A stretch of 64,000 nucleotides of DNA from Octopus sinensis (lineage: Eukaryota), in contig NC_043005.1 of assembly GCF_006345805.1 (NCBI RefSeq), forward strand, positions 28,706,001 to 28,770,000, written 5' to 3'. Positions 12,439 through 26,920 of the stretch are shown here, one piece after another; within the stretch, counting starts at the first letter, position 1; every line of letters begins with the position of its first letter. A program made the position numbers and the translations under genes. The notes below the pieces were generated by a model. The model worked only from the letters and a program-made list of their open reading frames with translations. It made no database searches and was not told the origin of the DNA.

Positions 12439-12812
12439 GCAGGCGTGGCTGTGTGGTAAGAAGCCTGCTTCCCAACTACATGGTTCCCGGTTCAGTCTGA
12501 CTGTATAGCACCTTGAGTAAGTGTCTTTTACTATGGCCTCAAGATGGCCAAAGTCTTGTGAGTGGATTTGGTAGACAGAAACTGTTAGAGGCCTGTCGTG
12601 TGTGTCTATGTCTGTCTCCATCACTGCTTAAGAACTGGTGTTGGTGTGTTTATATTCCCATAACTTAGTGGCTCAGCAAAAGAGACTGAAAGGATAAGTA
12701 CCAGGCTTTAAAAAAATAAGTCCTGGGATCGATTCATTCAACTAAAAATTCTTAAAGACAGTGCCCCAGTATGGCCACAGACTAATGCCTGAAACAAGGA
12801 AAAGATAAAAGG
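12439..12812 (+). mobile_element. Full-length tRNA-derived CORE-like SINE
   Basis: gcaggcgtggctgtgtggtaagaagc (A box), ggttcagtc (B box), gcaccttgagtaagtgtc (CORE-like), and a 3' tail ending gaaacaaggaaaagataaaag. Confidence 0.85.
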
Positions 12813-13110
12813 TTATACATAAAATTCACATACTTTTTATTCAAGAAAATGTCAAAAGGCTGAAATTCCTGACCTCCTCAAAGATTCTACTGAGGCCATG
12901 CTTTCTGTAGACAGTCTTTTGTGTGGTGAGTGGTAGAGCAGGATATTATTTGCATTACTTTAGAAATATTGCAATTATGAGAATTAAGGTGAGAAAGGTC
13001 TTGTTTGATTTAGTAGAGAGTGACACTGTCTAAGTCTTTTGATTCCAATGAATTGAGTGTGGAAACATTGAAGTACCTCTACTAATGTTGTAGTTCATGG
13101 TACCTTGTAG

Positions 13111-13446
13111 GTTATGACAACAAGGGTTCCAGTTGATCTGATCGACGGAACAGCCTGCTCATGAAATCAACGTGCAAGTGGCTGAGCACTCCACAGACAT
13201 GCGTACCCTTAACATAGTGTGACAAGGCTAGCCCCTTTGAAGTACAGGTACAAAAGAAACGGAAAGAGAGAGTGAGAGAAAGTTGTGGTGAAAGAGTACA
13301 GCAAGGTTCCCCATCCCCACCGGAGCCTCGTGGAGCTTTAGGTGTTTTCACTCAATAAACATTCACAACGTCCGGTCTGGGAATCGAAACCGCAATCCTA
13401 CAACCGTGAGTCCGCTACCCTAACCACTGGGCCATTGCACCTCCAC
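13111..13446 (-). mobile_element. tRNA-derived SINE, third family
   Basis: Minus strand starts ggaggtgcaatggcccagtggttaggg...ggtttcgattccc (A/B boxes). A homologous copy lies at 42491-42866, with fragments at ~27440 and ~58307. Confidence 0.85.
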
Positions 13447-13777
13447 ATGTTTTAGTTACTCTCTACTGCACTCAACATGAATCTCAAAATAACAGTTATA
13501 GTTATTCTCTAATTGTTGTACTGTACAGGAGAACATTTATAAGAATTATCATTGCTTTTTAACCAAATATAACAGTTATTCTTACTTTTTAACTACTGTA
13601 CTCTGTGAGAATACAATTATAACAGTTACTACCCTCTAACCAAGCATAAAAGCTATTTACACTCTCTAACCAAATACATTGTTGTTACTGTTGTTGTTAT
13701 TACTTTTTTTTTCCGACATGCTCGCAATTGTCTCGAGTTTACTACAGCGTTTTTTGTTTTGTTCTCTTCTATTTCAG

Positions 13778-13860
13778 CCTTCCCCCAAGCAACGGTGATG
13801 GCACTGTGTTTGTCCTGTAAATCTAGAATGTAAATAAAATAAAACATTATTTGGTAGTTA
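13778..13860 (+). other. Putative non-coding terminal (3' UTR) exon of DGK-theta; 3' end uncertain
   Basis: Strong polypyrimidine acceptor ttttgttttgttctcttctatttcag ending 13777, downstream of the donor at 11926. Overlapping AATAAA signals at ~13833-13843. Confidence 0.35.
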
Positions 13861-14195
13861 AAAAAATTAAAAGAAAAAAGTCACTTTTAGATCCTTGCTG
13901 AAAAGAATTAAAAAAAAAAAACAGAAAAAAAAGAAAAAAGAACAAAATGCAAAAATATCAGCTGTTGTCATTGAGGTGGTCACCAGCTGTTAGTATGGTG
14001 ACCACCATTGCTGACAATATTGTGATCCCTGCACTGTTAATGTGCTGGTCATCATATTGTAGTGATCACCATACAACTATTGTGGTGGTCACCAGCTGTC
14101 TCCTAGGTATGCAACATACATGAATACTGGATGTGTCTGTGTGCACAACAAAAAACAAATTGACACAAACAAACAAGCGAATACACACACACACA

Positions 14196-14236
<41 letters not shown>

Positions 14237-14454
14237 ATACATGCATACGTTTGCAGTCATTTACACAGATGCACACACAACTACACATACAGGCAAACAT
14301 GCACGCACATTCACATCAATTGCAATCTTTTACGTTTTATGTATTAAATGTATATTCTGTTGAAAAAAAAAAAATCCCGTGCCTATGGAGGACACCAAGG
14401 ATATTTGACGGAAACAAATATATATACATATATATATATATAAATACATATATA

Positions 14455-14501
<47 letters not shown>

Positions 14502-16173
14502 CTATCTTTGTCCAGCAAGCTGTGGAGGGAACTACAGCATGACCGTTCACCTGAGCCTTTATTGTCTGTCTGTTTGTCTAGATTGTGGGCCAACATTGTT
14601 CTGTATACAACAGATAGATTCCTGATACAAGGCCAGGTGGATAACTTGAGTCTCCTTGCTCAACAAATCAAATGCATTGCTCACCCACCCTTCGCAACCC
14701 CTCCTTAACCACCTAATTAACAAAAAAAAATTCTTTAAAAAAAAAATAATGAATTATTATAGAGAATATACAAAAGAAAGCATACAGGCTCACACACATA
14801 AATACAAACACATGCACATCATCATCAATGATGATTATAATTTATACACACACACTCACACACATGTGTATATATATATATTATATATATGCACATGTAA
14901 AATGAAATGAAAAATATCTTAAAATTCCACTTCCCCCACAAAAAAAGTGACTTGATACAAAGGAAATATAAACATTGTTTGTCTGAGAGACATTTCTGGT
15001 GAAAGTAGAAGAGATGGTGAAGGTTTGATATGAGAGACAGCAAAATATTGGTTTGAAAATAAGAACTAAAAAAAATAGTTATATTAATGTGTGAGACAAT
15101 TTAAAAAAAGAGGAAATATGTATGTATGTATGCATGGAAATATATATATATGCATGTGTGTATATATATACATATATGTATGCGTGTTTTATACATATAT
15201 ATTACATTTATATATGTATTTATATATATGAATGCATACATATATACATGTAGCAGCACATAGTCGCACATTAAAATGCATGGATGTAAGAATGAGCTTT
15301 AATTAAGTGTGATAATTGGTGACTAATGCTACCACGACAACCCACATTACTAGACCTAATTATGTCAGGTAGCTAAACTAGATGGACACTTAACAACAAC
15401 AACAACAAAATACCCTCACTCCGCAAAAAAAAAAGACAAAAAGCAACCAAAACTCCCCTAAAATTCCAGAAAAGAAAAAACTAATCTTAACCGATCATGT
15501 CCCTAATGTTCTATTTTATCATGATATGTCCATGTTTCTCCCAAGCCTCCATGTCTTATTATTATTATTATTACTGTTATTATTATTAATAGAAATTATT
15601 ATAATTTTCTTGTACCTGATCATGTCCACCCCTCCATATTTGTTCTATTGGTCATGTCTTCCCATGTTCTATTTTATTATGTCCCTCTAACATCCATCCC
15701 TCTGTCTTTGCGTTCTGTTGATCATGGCCCAGTCACTGCTCCCTCCCTTCCCCCCACCCCTGCTCTAATGTTGTTGGGTTTTTTTGTTTTTTTTTTATGT
15801 CTGATGTATAACTCTAATTTACCTTGTTGAGGGAAAAATATTATCACTTAATCTGTGATCTAATTTCTTTCTCTGTGAAGAAAGATTCTATTTGGCATTC
15901 AGCCCTACAAACATCTGCAGTAAGACTTTCAAAGCATTCACTCCAATACTACCATATTTCCAACATGACTTTTTACTCCAAGACTTATTTATTCTTTTTC
16001 ATTTCCTTCTCCTACCTTCACACCTTCCCCTACACTTCCACTAAAAAGAGAAAAACCCACTTTTCTCATCATTTACCATTTATTTATGTTTTCATTAATT
16101 TTTTTTTTTTGCATACAACTTCCATCACCCTCTCAAACTTATCTTTTACACACACACACACATATATACATAC

Positions 16174-16245
<72 letters not shown>

Positions 16246-16453
16246 AGAACAAAAAATATTTCATAACAAAATTTAATCTTTTAATGATAGTTGCAACTTT
16301 TCTTGGACACTGAAAGATGGAAGTCTTTTGGCACACTTTTGGCTTCTACTGTGACATTCATGCATATGATATGTATTTACATACATACATATATACACGC
16401 ATAGGACATACACACACACATATATATAAACATATTTTTTGCTTTTGTAAATT

Positions 16454-16504
<51 letters not shown>

Positions 16505-16743
16505 TGATGTACTTCATTTGGTAGTTAGTTGGATAATGTTGATTCTGTTTCGATCCCAAAAGAATCGGTTCATTTGTTGAGAATAGATTCATTTTTAGGA
16601 TCAGAACAGAATTAACTCTATGAACAAGAGACCAATATAATGAAAGCAGTTCAGAATCTAGGTTTAAGCCATATATTTGATAATTACAAGAACACCTAAT
16701 ACATTTGTTTTCGAGGTCCTTGTAAATATATAAACACATACAG

Positions 16744-16774
<31 letters not shown>

Positions 16775-17098
16775 TATATGCACATATATGCACATACATG
16801 AACTTGTATGTGTGTGTATCCATACATACATAAGTATATAGAAACATCTGTGTATGCACATATATTGCTGTATGTATGTGTGTAGCAACTTATTGTATGG
16901 TTTTATGATACAAATAATAATAGAAACAGCTACAATAATAATTAGAAGTGGATAATATGTTTGTAGACAACACTAATTAGAAGACTAATTAAACAGCTTA
17001 TTTTTATTATGCCACTATCTTCCAATAGCAGTATTGTCCCAATCTACCCTCTATATAAGGTATGTGTGTATGTATGCATATATGTGTATGTATGTATG

Positions 17099-17152
<54 letters not shown>

Positions 17153-17447
17153 ATGTATTCTTTAAGATATGATAATGATATACACACATGCTTATATATA
17201 TGTATATATATATTTATGTGTGTGTGTGTGGCATTTGATTTGCCTATCTGATTTGTTGCTCTCTGCTCTAAAAAATCACTGGCCACATTTATATTGATCA
17301 CTTTCCTTCACTTGCCATTTCTAATGTTCTTGATCAAATTCTGTAAGAGTTCACTCCACTTTTCACCCGTCAGGGTTAACAAAATCACCCACTATTTAAC
17401 ACCCTGAGCCCATCTTGGGCTGAGTTTCTTCCCATGTCTGCAACATT

Positions 17448-17449
<2 letters not shown>

Positions 17450-17499
<50 letters not shown>

Positions 17500-17518
17500 C
17501 TCTCTCTCTCTCTCTCTT

Positions 17519-17591
<73 letters not shown>
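17450..17591. repeat. (CT)n microsatellite, one of dozens of (TA)n, (CA)n, (ATT)n and (CT)n tracts in the window
   Basis: Directly visible. Confidence 0.97.
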
Positions 17592-17595
<4 letters not shown>

Positions 17596-17842
17596 GTACT
17601 CATGTGGATATCTCTTCTCGAAGGGGACGGACACACACATTCATGCACAGATCTTTAATTCTGGAAAAAATTAATCAGTAAAAAGTTTAATTTTTTATTA
17701 GAGTAATCATCACTAATTTAAATTGTTAGATGATTAATGAAAAAATATAGATAAATGATTCTGCATAACTCTGTGTGGATGGGGGGGTTGCATGTGTATT
17801 TGTGTACACAAGATATCATTTAAAACACAACTACAACTTTAA

Positions 17843-18057
17843 CCCTTTCATTACCAACCCAGCTGAAACCAGCTCTGGCTCTGAGTCTGTTTTCATAAGT
17901 TTTGAATTAAATTCTTCCACCAAACCTTAGTCACAATTTATGTTCCTAACACTAGCTGAATGATAACTAAGTTATTTTACTAAATTCTTTGTTATATTTA
18001 AAGTAATTGAAAGAAACACAGAGCATCTCAAAAAAAAAAAATACTGTAACGAAAGGG
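17843..18057. mobile_element. piggyBac-type MITE with TTAA target duplication
   Basis: TTAA|CCCTTTCATTAC ... GTAACGAAAGGG|TTAA, 215 bp, non-coding. Confidence 0.88.
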
Positions 18058-18717
18058 TTAATGATTCAGTCAACTATAATTAAGAACTTTACGTTTACTA
18101 CATATAGATTTTTTTTTTTATCTTAGTTCAGAGTGTACTATGGATGGTTGAGACATGACCTACTAAATAATGAAATGATGATGATGGTCCTAAAATGTCA
18201 GTTTGACTGGTTTGGAACCAGAGCATATGAGTTGGAGATCACTGAGGAACCAGCTAAAGGATAGGAAGAGTAAAGGATAATAATTATTATTACTATTATT
18301 ATTATTAGGTTTTGAATTTTGGCAAAAGGTGGAGAGCTACACTTGGTTAATTTGAACCCCAGAACATAGCAGGTACTTATTTTTGTCATCCCTGAAAAGA
18401 TGAGAAATGGAATTGATCTGAGCAGGATTTGAACCTAGAACTAGATATTGTAATGTCTTTAAGTCTCTCACTCTACCATTCCTGCTGTTCCAACACACTT
18501 TTATAAATTAATAATAATGATAATTATTTTAAAACTAGATTCTAAATTATTACTTTCCATTTCATTCACTATATATTTCTTCAAATACACACACACGCAC
18601 ATATACTCAATTATGCACCCACATACAGGTACATACACATCTACACAAAAATATAAACATATATATAGATGCATACACATGCACTCATACATATGTTCTA
18701 AGATTTACACACACACA

Positions 18718-18754
<37 letters not shown>

Positions 18755-20496
18755 GTACATAAACATGAAACACATCATTTATTCATTTGTCTACAACTAT
18801 ATGTTGCTCTGTATATGTGTGTGTGTGTGTGTGTGTACTGCTTAGTTGAAGTTGATGATGATGATGTTTTTTTCCCTTCTATATTCCTCTACCTTTCACT
18901 TTATAACTGCTTGTTTAGTCCTTTGCAGTTAAATGGTGGCTGCCCCAATCACACACACACACAATTATATACATTAAACTTTTTAACTCACCTGTATTAA
19001 CTGAACTTCTCTCTCTTTCTGTGTGTCTGTGTGTGTATGATTACATACACAAATGTATGTACATTATGTATTTGTGTGTGTATACACACACTCAAACATG
19101 TACCATGTAAACATGCAACACACACATGCATGTATATTAACCACAGTTTGATAGGAAACAGGATGTCCTAACTTGTCATTTTCCAGTTGATTGTATAATT
19201 TATAATAGTTTAGTAGTGATGGTCATGGCTGAATTTAAGGGAAGGATCTACACAGAATCTAATGAAACCAAGATAAGGAAAGTATTTTATTTAGTGTGTC
19301 ATTCAATCTTGGTTTGGTGTCTTAATGAGACTATCTTAATCTGAAAGCTGATTATCATAAATAATACGCAAACACTGTGAACTAAAACCAGAGCCAGATT
19401 AATTAGTTTTGTAAGGAAAATAAACATTTGTTTAGGTAACCAGAGGAAGAGGCTAACACACAGTGTTGGTGCCATATGAACATTGTGCAAACAGTGTGGC
19501 TGAACCAGGACTCAAATATATTGAAAATTTGCATTTTGCTTTGTTACTCTTTTTATGAGTAAGCAAACTGCTGGTGTTATTTACTGCTATTTAAGGATCA
19601 GTAGCATAAGAAAACAAAAAACGCTATATGATTATGTTTAATATACTTTATTGGTCTGGCTTGGAAGAAAACTTAATTTTTAATCTGTTGAAATTTAGCA
19701 CTTATGTCTTAATGTGTTGTAAGACAGACAGTGGAGATTTTGGAATGACACTATTGTTTGGCTGTGATTAGGGCATTAGTTGGTCTTAATCTAGGACAAA
19801 CTATAACATACAACTCATGTTGTAGCTTGTTATTTTAGTTGTTGGGAAATGAATATATTGAATAAATATCTGTCTTGTTTATACCTTGGAAGTATTAACT
19901 GTTTATTGAATACAATCTGTGTGTGTGTGTGTGTTTTCAATCTTTAAATTTATTTTGTTGATCCCTTCAGCACTGAACTGTCTGCTTGAACACAAATTGT
20001 GTTTCTGCTTTAAATTTGAGTAGTTACCAGAAGAAAAGGCATTTAGTTCTGTAATTAATTTTTTTTTTTTTCAATGTGTTGTCCCCAAAATATGTAAATA
20101 TATATCTGTTGAAAAGCTATCCTAGCCATGTTTCTTTGAGGAACATAATGGAAGTAAAAACGAACAAGTATTTCACCAAAACATCCCCAAATGTCTGTGA
20201 TCAATGACATTATTTATTTCTTATGATTGAAATATGTCTTCCCTTTCCTGTTGGACGTAAACAAGGTATATGGTTGTAGAGAATGGAAAATAAGGTTAGC
20301 TTCATAACAAAGACCAGTTAGAAGTTCATAATTCACAGGGCAGAAAGAATTACACACACACACAGAGCTTTTCGGTATAATATGGCACTGACAGAAAACA
20401 TTTTGGTAAAAATGTTCATGATGATAAATATTTCAGTTTTTAATTATGGATCAGGAAATGAAGACTTGTTTTGGTTCTTTCCCCTCATTGTTTTTT

Positions 20497-20530
<34 letters not shown>

Positions 20531-21109
20531 ACATGCACACACATGCATTCACCTCTTTCCATCACTTGGTTACATTTGCTAATACTAAAACATTTTATAA
20601 ATATTTATTTTTGAATAAATATTCTTCCCATGTTCCTCACAGTTCATCATCAGGTGATAGCAGAAAATCAAACTGACCATGAATCTCGCCAGTAACAGAG
20701 AACCTGCAATGTGTACAAGCACTGGCTCTCTGCAGATATGTCTTGCACAGATCTGGCTTAAGATAATCAGATTACTGTCCGACTAACTTCAAGGTCTCTA
20801 ATTGAGCTTAGTTTCTCCACTGGTTCAGGCTTACTCCAGCAAACTGATAATGTCTCATGGATTGCCAGTTCATCTTTTACTGGGACTGCTTTTGTTGAGT
20901 CTCTGAGACAAGATATTTTGTTCTACATTACCTTGCTTTGAGATAAAGAAAGTCATCTGTGATATGCTAGTATTACTAGCCAAGGGGAGATTTGTACCTC
21001 ATCTGCTAAATGCTACACGAACCAGAGTTAATCACACATGTCATTTTTCCATGTGAAGAGAGTATGAGATACCAATTGTTGCTATTTCTGTAGGAGCAGG
21101 TTTATTTTC

Positions 21110-21960
21110 TTATTTCTTTATTGCCCACAAGGGGACAAACAAGGACAGACAAAGGGATTAAGTCGATTACATCAACCCCAGTGCGTAACTGGTACTTAAT
21201 TTATCAACCCCAAAAGGATGAAGCGCAAAGTCAACCTTGGCGTAATTTGAACTCAGAACGTAATGGCAGACGAAATAGCGCTAAGCATTTCATCCGGTGC
21301 ACTAACGTTTCTGCCAGCTCGCCACAGGTTTATTTTCTTGGCCTGTTTTAGATTATTTGTTATTCATAATACTCTCTCTCTCTTTACTTCAGGTTCTGTA
21401 AATTGAACCTGTTCATAGAATAACAATAATTTTAACAATGACAGCAACACTTAATATATACATATTCCTTAAATAGTTGAAAAAATTTTTCCTTTTTTTT
21501 CAAGTTCCAAGTTCAGTTCCTGTCAGGTTCAGCTTCATCTTTCATTTTTCTGGGGGTCAATAAAATAAAGTACCAATCAAGCACTGGGGTCAGTGGCATC
21601 AACTAATCCCCACCCCACTTCAAATTGGTAGCTAAATTAGCAACATTATTATTATTATAAAGGTGGTGAGCTGGCAGAATGGTTAGCATGCCAGACAAAA
21701 TGCTTAGCAGCATTTTACCCATCTTTAGGTTCTAAGTTCAAATTCTGCCAAGGCCAAATTTGCCTTTCATCCTTTCAGGATCAATAAAATAAGCACTGGT
21801 GGGGCCCTGGGGTCAAAATAATTGACTAATCCTCTTGACCAAAATTTCAGGCCTTGTACCTATAGTAAAAAGAATTATTATAATCATTATTATGGGGGTG
21901 ATATAATTGACCTACTCCTCCCACAGAATTACTGGCCTTGTGCCCAAATTTGAAATCATA
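21110..21960. mobile_element. Cluster of Meta-domain-like SINE copies (one minus at 21110-21325, several plus at 21500-21960)
   Basis: Same motifs as 202-1452. Further copies at ~18300(-), 25740, 26380, 28010, 30420, 51665(-) and 55996. Confidence 0.8.
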
Positions 21961-23285
21961 ATCATCATCATCATTATTATTATTCATGGTTTAAGAACTA
22001 CATCAAGAATTTCTTACATTAGAATAAATTGTGTACATTTTATAAATCATCCATGAAAATGTAAAATGTGTGAGAATAACTGTAACCATATTTATAGTTC
22101 CTGGTATTTTCTAGAACATACCTATGTTTATCCTGGCATATAATGTCAGTGTCTCTGGGGATATGTTTATATATAAATCTTTATTCAAAGGCATTGATAG
22201 GTTGTACCCGATGGATACACACCATAGTGTTAATTTAGCGTATTAATATTAATTTATTACTGCTGATATTGTAATTGTTTATTATTGACATGAAAGCAGA
22301 TGGCAGAGCAGTTGAACTAGTAAAATGAATTTCTGTGTAAAATAACACTAAAAGTAAAATATTTTGGTTTGGTTTGGAGATAGATAGAAGAACAGAGATC
22401 TGTGTGAAGATCCCAATACAAAATATTTATTACGGCTAACATAAAAGTATAGTTGTTATGACAAACAACAAAAAGAGGTCATTTAAACCAAGTGAACAGC
22501 AGATCGTGTGAGATGTGTCAGCCATGTTTGTAAACTGTAGCAGTTATTATCATGTAACCAATGTTGAATTCATATAGGTATGATCTTGCCTGGGCTGCAA
22601 CCACTGACTAGTTAGCATATAAACAAATGTGTATGCAGGCAATGTCTGTTAAAGAAAAGGCACCAAAGATAAAAGTATTAATGACATCTTGTTTCTACAA
22701 GAGATTTGAGTGGTCAGTTGTTTATGGATGTCATCAATCCTTGACAGAATCCTGTTTGTGTTATTTAGTTATTTTAATGTCAAACAGTGATTCAGGTTTG
22801 ATTCCTAGACAGTGAGTTGATGTTTGGGACTTTGCCAAATGTTCCTGCTATAGTGTATACTATCAAGTATATTTGGGGACAAAGTCCATCATTTAGAATC
22901 TCCTTTTCTGCTACTCCAAATATCTCTGACTTTCCTCTACATGCTATCATCAGTATTAGCTGAAACATTACCGTGTCATACAAAATACCTGCAGCATTTG
23001 TTCCAACTCTTTGCATTCTGAAATTATCTTTGTCTTTCATGCCTCCCCAGTTGATAAAGTAATGTACCAAACACACACACACACACACATGCTCACACAC
23101 ACACATGCTCACACACACACATGCTCACACACACACATGCTCACACACACACACACACATGCTCACACATCTAAGAATATCTGGTATCATAGAGAAATAT
23201 AAGAGAGAGATAGCCAAAGTTGACATCACAAACTCTGGTAAAGTTGTTTCCAACTTGCTATTTATTTTATTTATTTATTTTGTGT

Positions 23286-23322
<37 letters not shown>

Positions 23323-24249
23323 GTTTTTTGTTTTGTTTTTTTCAATAACTTATCACTGCAGTCCTGGTTGTTTCCTTACACCTACCTGGAGGAGCTTTGA
23401 TAAAAGTCTCCTGCAGACTGTCACAGTAGAAATACACTATAGCAGAGAAAAAAAAAAGGTTGCGGATGAAATTTGGGAAGCATATTTATAAAATATCCCC
23501 TCCCTTTTTATCAAAACAAAAAAAAAAAATACTAAATATTTTCCAGCATTGATTTATATAAAATTGACTGCATTAAAAGGTGCCAGCCCATAGCCATATG
23601 ACATATACTTAAAGATTACAGCTTTCTTTGTTTACCTTTTTATTCTTAATGGTGTGTGTATGTGTGTGTGTGTGTGTTGTTACTCCTGCAGGGGTACTCT
23701 GGTGTGAGCTAGTGTGTTTTCAGAGCAAATAAAGGACTCTGAATAAGGATTTCCATCCTGATACCACTCCCCACCCCTACCTCCCAATACCACTCTTCAC
23801 TTGTTCACACTTGCAATGCATGTATAGGAACAAAGTCAAATCATAAGAAAATGTGCGTGTGCAAACACTCACTCATGCATACACATATATACACACAAAC
23901 AATTTTAGGAAAAAATATATGTATGTTTGTATACCTATATGTGTGTATCTCTGTGTTGATCTATCTACACACACACACACACATGCATACAGATGCACAC
24001 ACATATTTCTGAATGAATGTCTCATCATTGTTCTAAGATTCACTTCTCCATGCTTGCATGGTTGGGTCGGGGGAAATTTGTTGCTGCATATTTTCAACGA
24101 TCACATGCGTTTTCTGTTGTCAACTCTCACCTCTTTCCAAACAAGGTAATATTTCTCCATAGTTGGACATGTTTTCACAGAAAATTAGAAACGAAGCATG
24201 TTTGCATGTATGACAGTGATGCTCAGCTATGACCATAAGGTAAAGATCC

Positions 24250-24478
24250 TTCCTGACTCATATAGACTCATCGGGCTGGTTTCCCGGTTTCCGTGGTGCA
24301 TGTATTTCTCCCCTAGATGGGATGCCAGCTCATCACAGGTTTATTCATTTTTGATAATTGATTGGACTTGAGCACTGTGAAATGAAATCTTTGGCTCAAA
24401 AACACTGCATTGTCCAGTCCAAGAATCGAAACCACAATCTTATGAACAGGAGTCCCACACCTGAACCACTAAGCCATA
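24250..24478 (-). mobile_element. tRNA-derived SINE, fourth family (decayed)
   Basis: Minus strand begins tggcttagtggttcagg...gtggtttcgattct (A/B boxes), followed by a body unlike the other SINEs. Confidence 0.55.
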
Positions 24479-24856
24479 AACCACATTTACAACTGTCACA
24501 CAGTGTCATGGATACAGAGAAACAAATACACACACACATACACTCATTTATTTATGTACGTTGAGATTCTTTCAGTTTATATGGTCCAAGGTGCCACACA
24601 GTGGGTTTGAACCTGACACCACATGGGTAGGGAGCAAACTTCTTAACCACCTGCACATCTATCATATATAGGTGTGTGTATATACATTTTTGTATGTCTG
24701 TATAGATATATATCTATATATATGCATGTATATACATATATACATGTGTGTATATGCAAATATATAGAGATGTTTGTATAAATATATATATATTAATATG
24801 AATGTATACATGAGTGTATATACATGTATTTGCGTGTGTTTGCATGTATATGGTTG

Positions 24857-24906
<50 letters not shown>

Positions 24907-26631
24907 CATACACACACGTGGATGTGTATATGTATGTATATAATACCTATATATATATAGGAGCCTAGCACAAATGCATTTTATATGTGGCCCTGAATCA
25001 ATGTGAAAACTACTATTTAATATGTTTTAATCAGAAGATTCAACACTTCTCAACCTTCAGTTACTCCACATTTTTTCTGATATCTCTGCTCCTCTTTTAT
25101 TCTTTGAACTCATCCCAGCCAATAAATTGTGACCATGCTGGAGCATAGCTCTTGTGATCTTTATTGCTTCTTTGTGGTTTTGCTTTTACTTATCAGTTTG
25201 TTTTGTTTTTTGCAAATTCTTAGCCCCCCCCCCCACACACACACACATACATATACCTTTCCTTTGTGTTTTTGTAGTTTTAATTTTGTCCTCCTCCTTC
25301 CAATCTCTCTCTCTTTCTCTATTCTCCTCATCCTTTTACCCCCATAACCAGTCTTCTTTTGTTTTTTATATTTGCTTTTTTAATTTCTACAACAAAAAAA
25401 TGAACAACTTTTGTTCTGGTGTTTCTATTATTCTTTTTCTGTAGTTCTGACTTTGCTGCTGTATGCACTCATATGTACACTTGTAACACAAGATGTTGTG
25501 TGTGTGTCTATACACACTCGCACATATAAATCACATAATACTTCTCGAACAAACTACAAATTTGGAATATTTATGAGTGTGTGTGTGTGTGTACACATGC
25601 TGATAGGAATGGAACCAGACCATCTGGAAATATTACCTGTCAGAGACTATTATGCGATCCAAAGCTACATTTATCTCAGACAATTGGCCTTCACTCTCTT
25701 ATGTTGTCATTGATACATTTAACATTGACAGGGGAGATAACTTACCTGGTGCAGTAGAAGGCTTGGTATGGAACAACCTCGTCAGCCTGTCGTCAGTCAA
25801 AAGATATTTGTGTCTCTTTACATTCTGACTTTAAATTCCGTCAAAGTCTACTCTTGTCTTTCATACTCAGGGGTTGATAAGCTAAGCACCAGTCCTGTTC
25901 TGTGATCCACTCCTCCTAAAATTCTTTGTCTTTCGTCTATATTAACAAGCACTATTTCACTTCTTTTACAATCTTAATGATATTAGAAGAGGTCTGAATG
26001 TACAAGCTTCCATTATATACTGCAGCTAAAATATTAATTAATGCTTAATTAAGAAGTTATTTCAGAGATGTACTTGCCAGGCAAGTTATCTAAGACCAAT
26101 TGTTGAAACTAAAATAACTACAGTATGGAAGACATATATTGGCCATTCAAAAGCACGTAAAGCTTATCTTCTCTCAAACATTCATTACTTGGTGTCAAAA
26201 TTTTCATTGGACTAACTGCAACGTAGTGACTTGTGGAACCACATAAGTAACCTGGTCACAGTTGGTGTAACAAAAATTTTGACCCCAAATAATAAACATT
26301 TAAGTGAAGTTAACAGTTTTTATTGTTTTTCAATGGCTCCACGCTGTAATTGTAAGAAGTTATTATATTTCTTATAAATAACTAAGTTCAAATTTTGCCA
26401 TGGTCAATTATATCTTCCATCTTTCTGGGGGTGATGAAGCATCAGTGAACTACTGGGGGCAATGTAATCAATTATACCCCCTCTGGAGCTTTATGTTAGG
26501 ATTAAAGGTAATGTAGTGTGTGGCATGGGACTTATCAAATCATTTAATCAATTTTAACTCTTAGTCAAATCATTATGGCTTCATATCTTGCTTTTAAAAA
26601 TACCAAAACTACATCATCCTACATTGTTTAT

Positions 26632-26920
26632 ATTATTTACCTGATTTACATTTGACGGATATTTACCCTCATCTTGTTTGTTGCTAACACAATGTTTTGG
26701 CTGATATACCCTCCAGCCTTCATCAGGTGTCTTGGGGAAATTTCGAACCTGGGTTCTCATTCCTAAGGTTTGAAATTTCCCCAAGACACCTGATGAAGGC
26801 TGGAGGGTATATCAGCCAAAACGTTGTGTTGACTACAAACAAGATGAGGATAAATATCCGTCAAATGTAAATCATGCAAATAATGTACATAATTCCTCAT
26901 CTCTTAAATATAGAACTGTA
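26632..26920. mobile_element. Inverted pair of HHR-family-A elements (non-autonomous PLE/retrozyme-like)
   Basis: ~118-bp arms at 26632-26749 and 26767-26885. Each carries acac CTGATGA a ggctg..cagcc (G>A)AAA c(g/a)tt gtgt. Homologous to 53072-53515. Confidence 0.8.

Noticed and set aside
20642-20930. Non-repetitive block after a good splice acceptor (possible exon)
   Set aside because: There are stops in all + frames and no recognisable protein on the - strand. It could be non-coding but cannot be supported.
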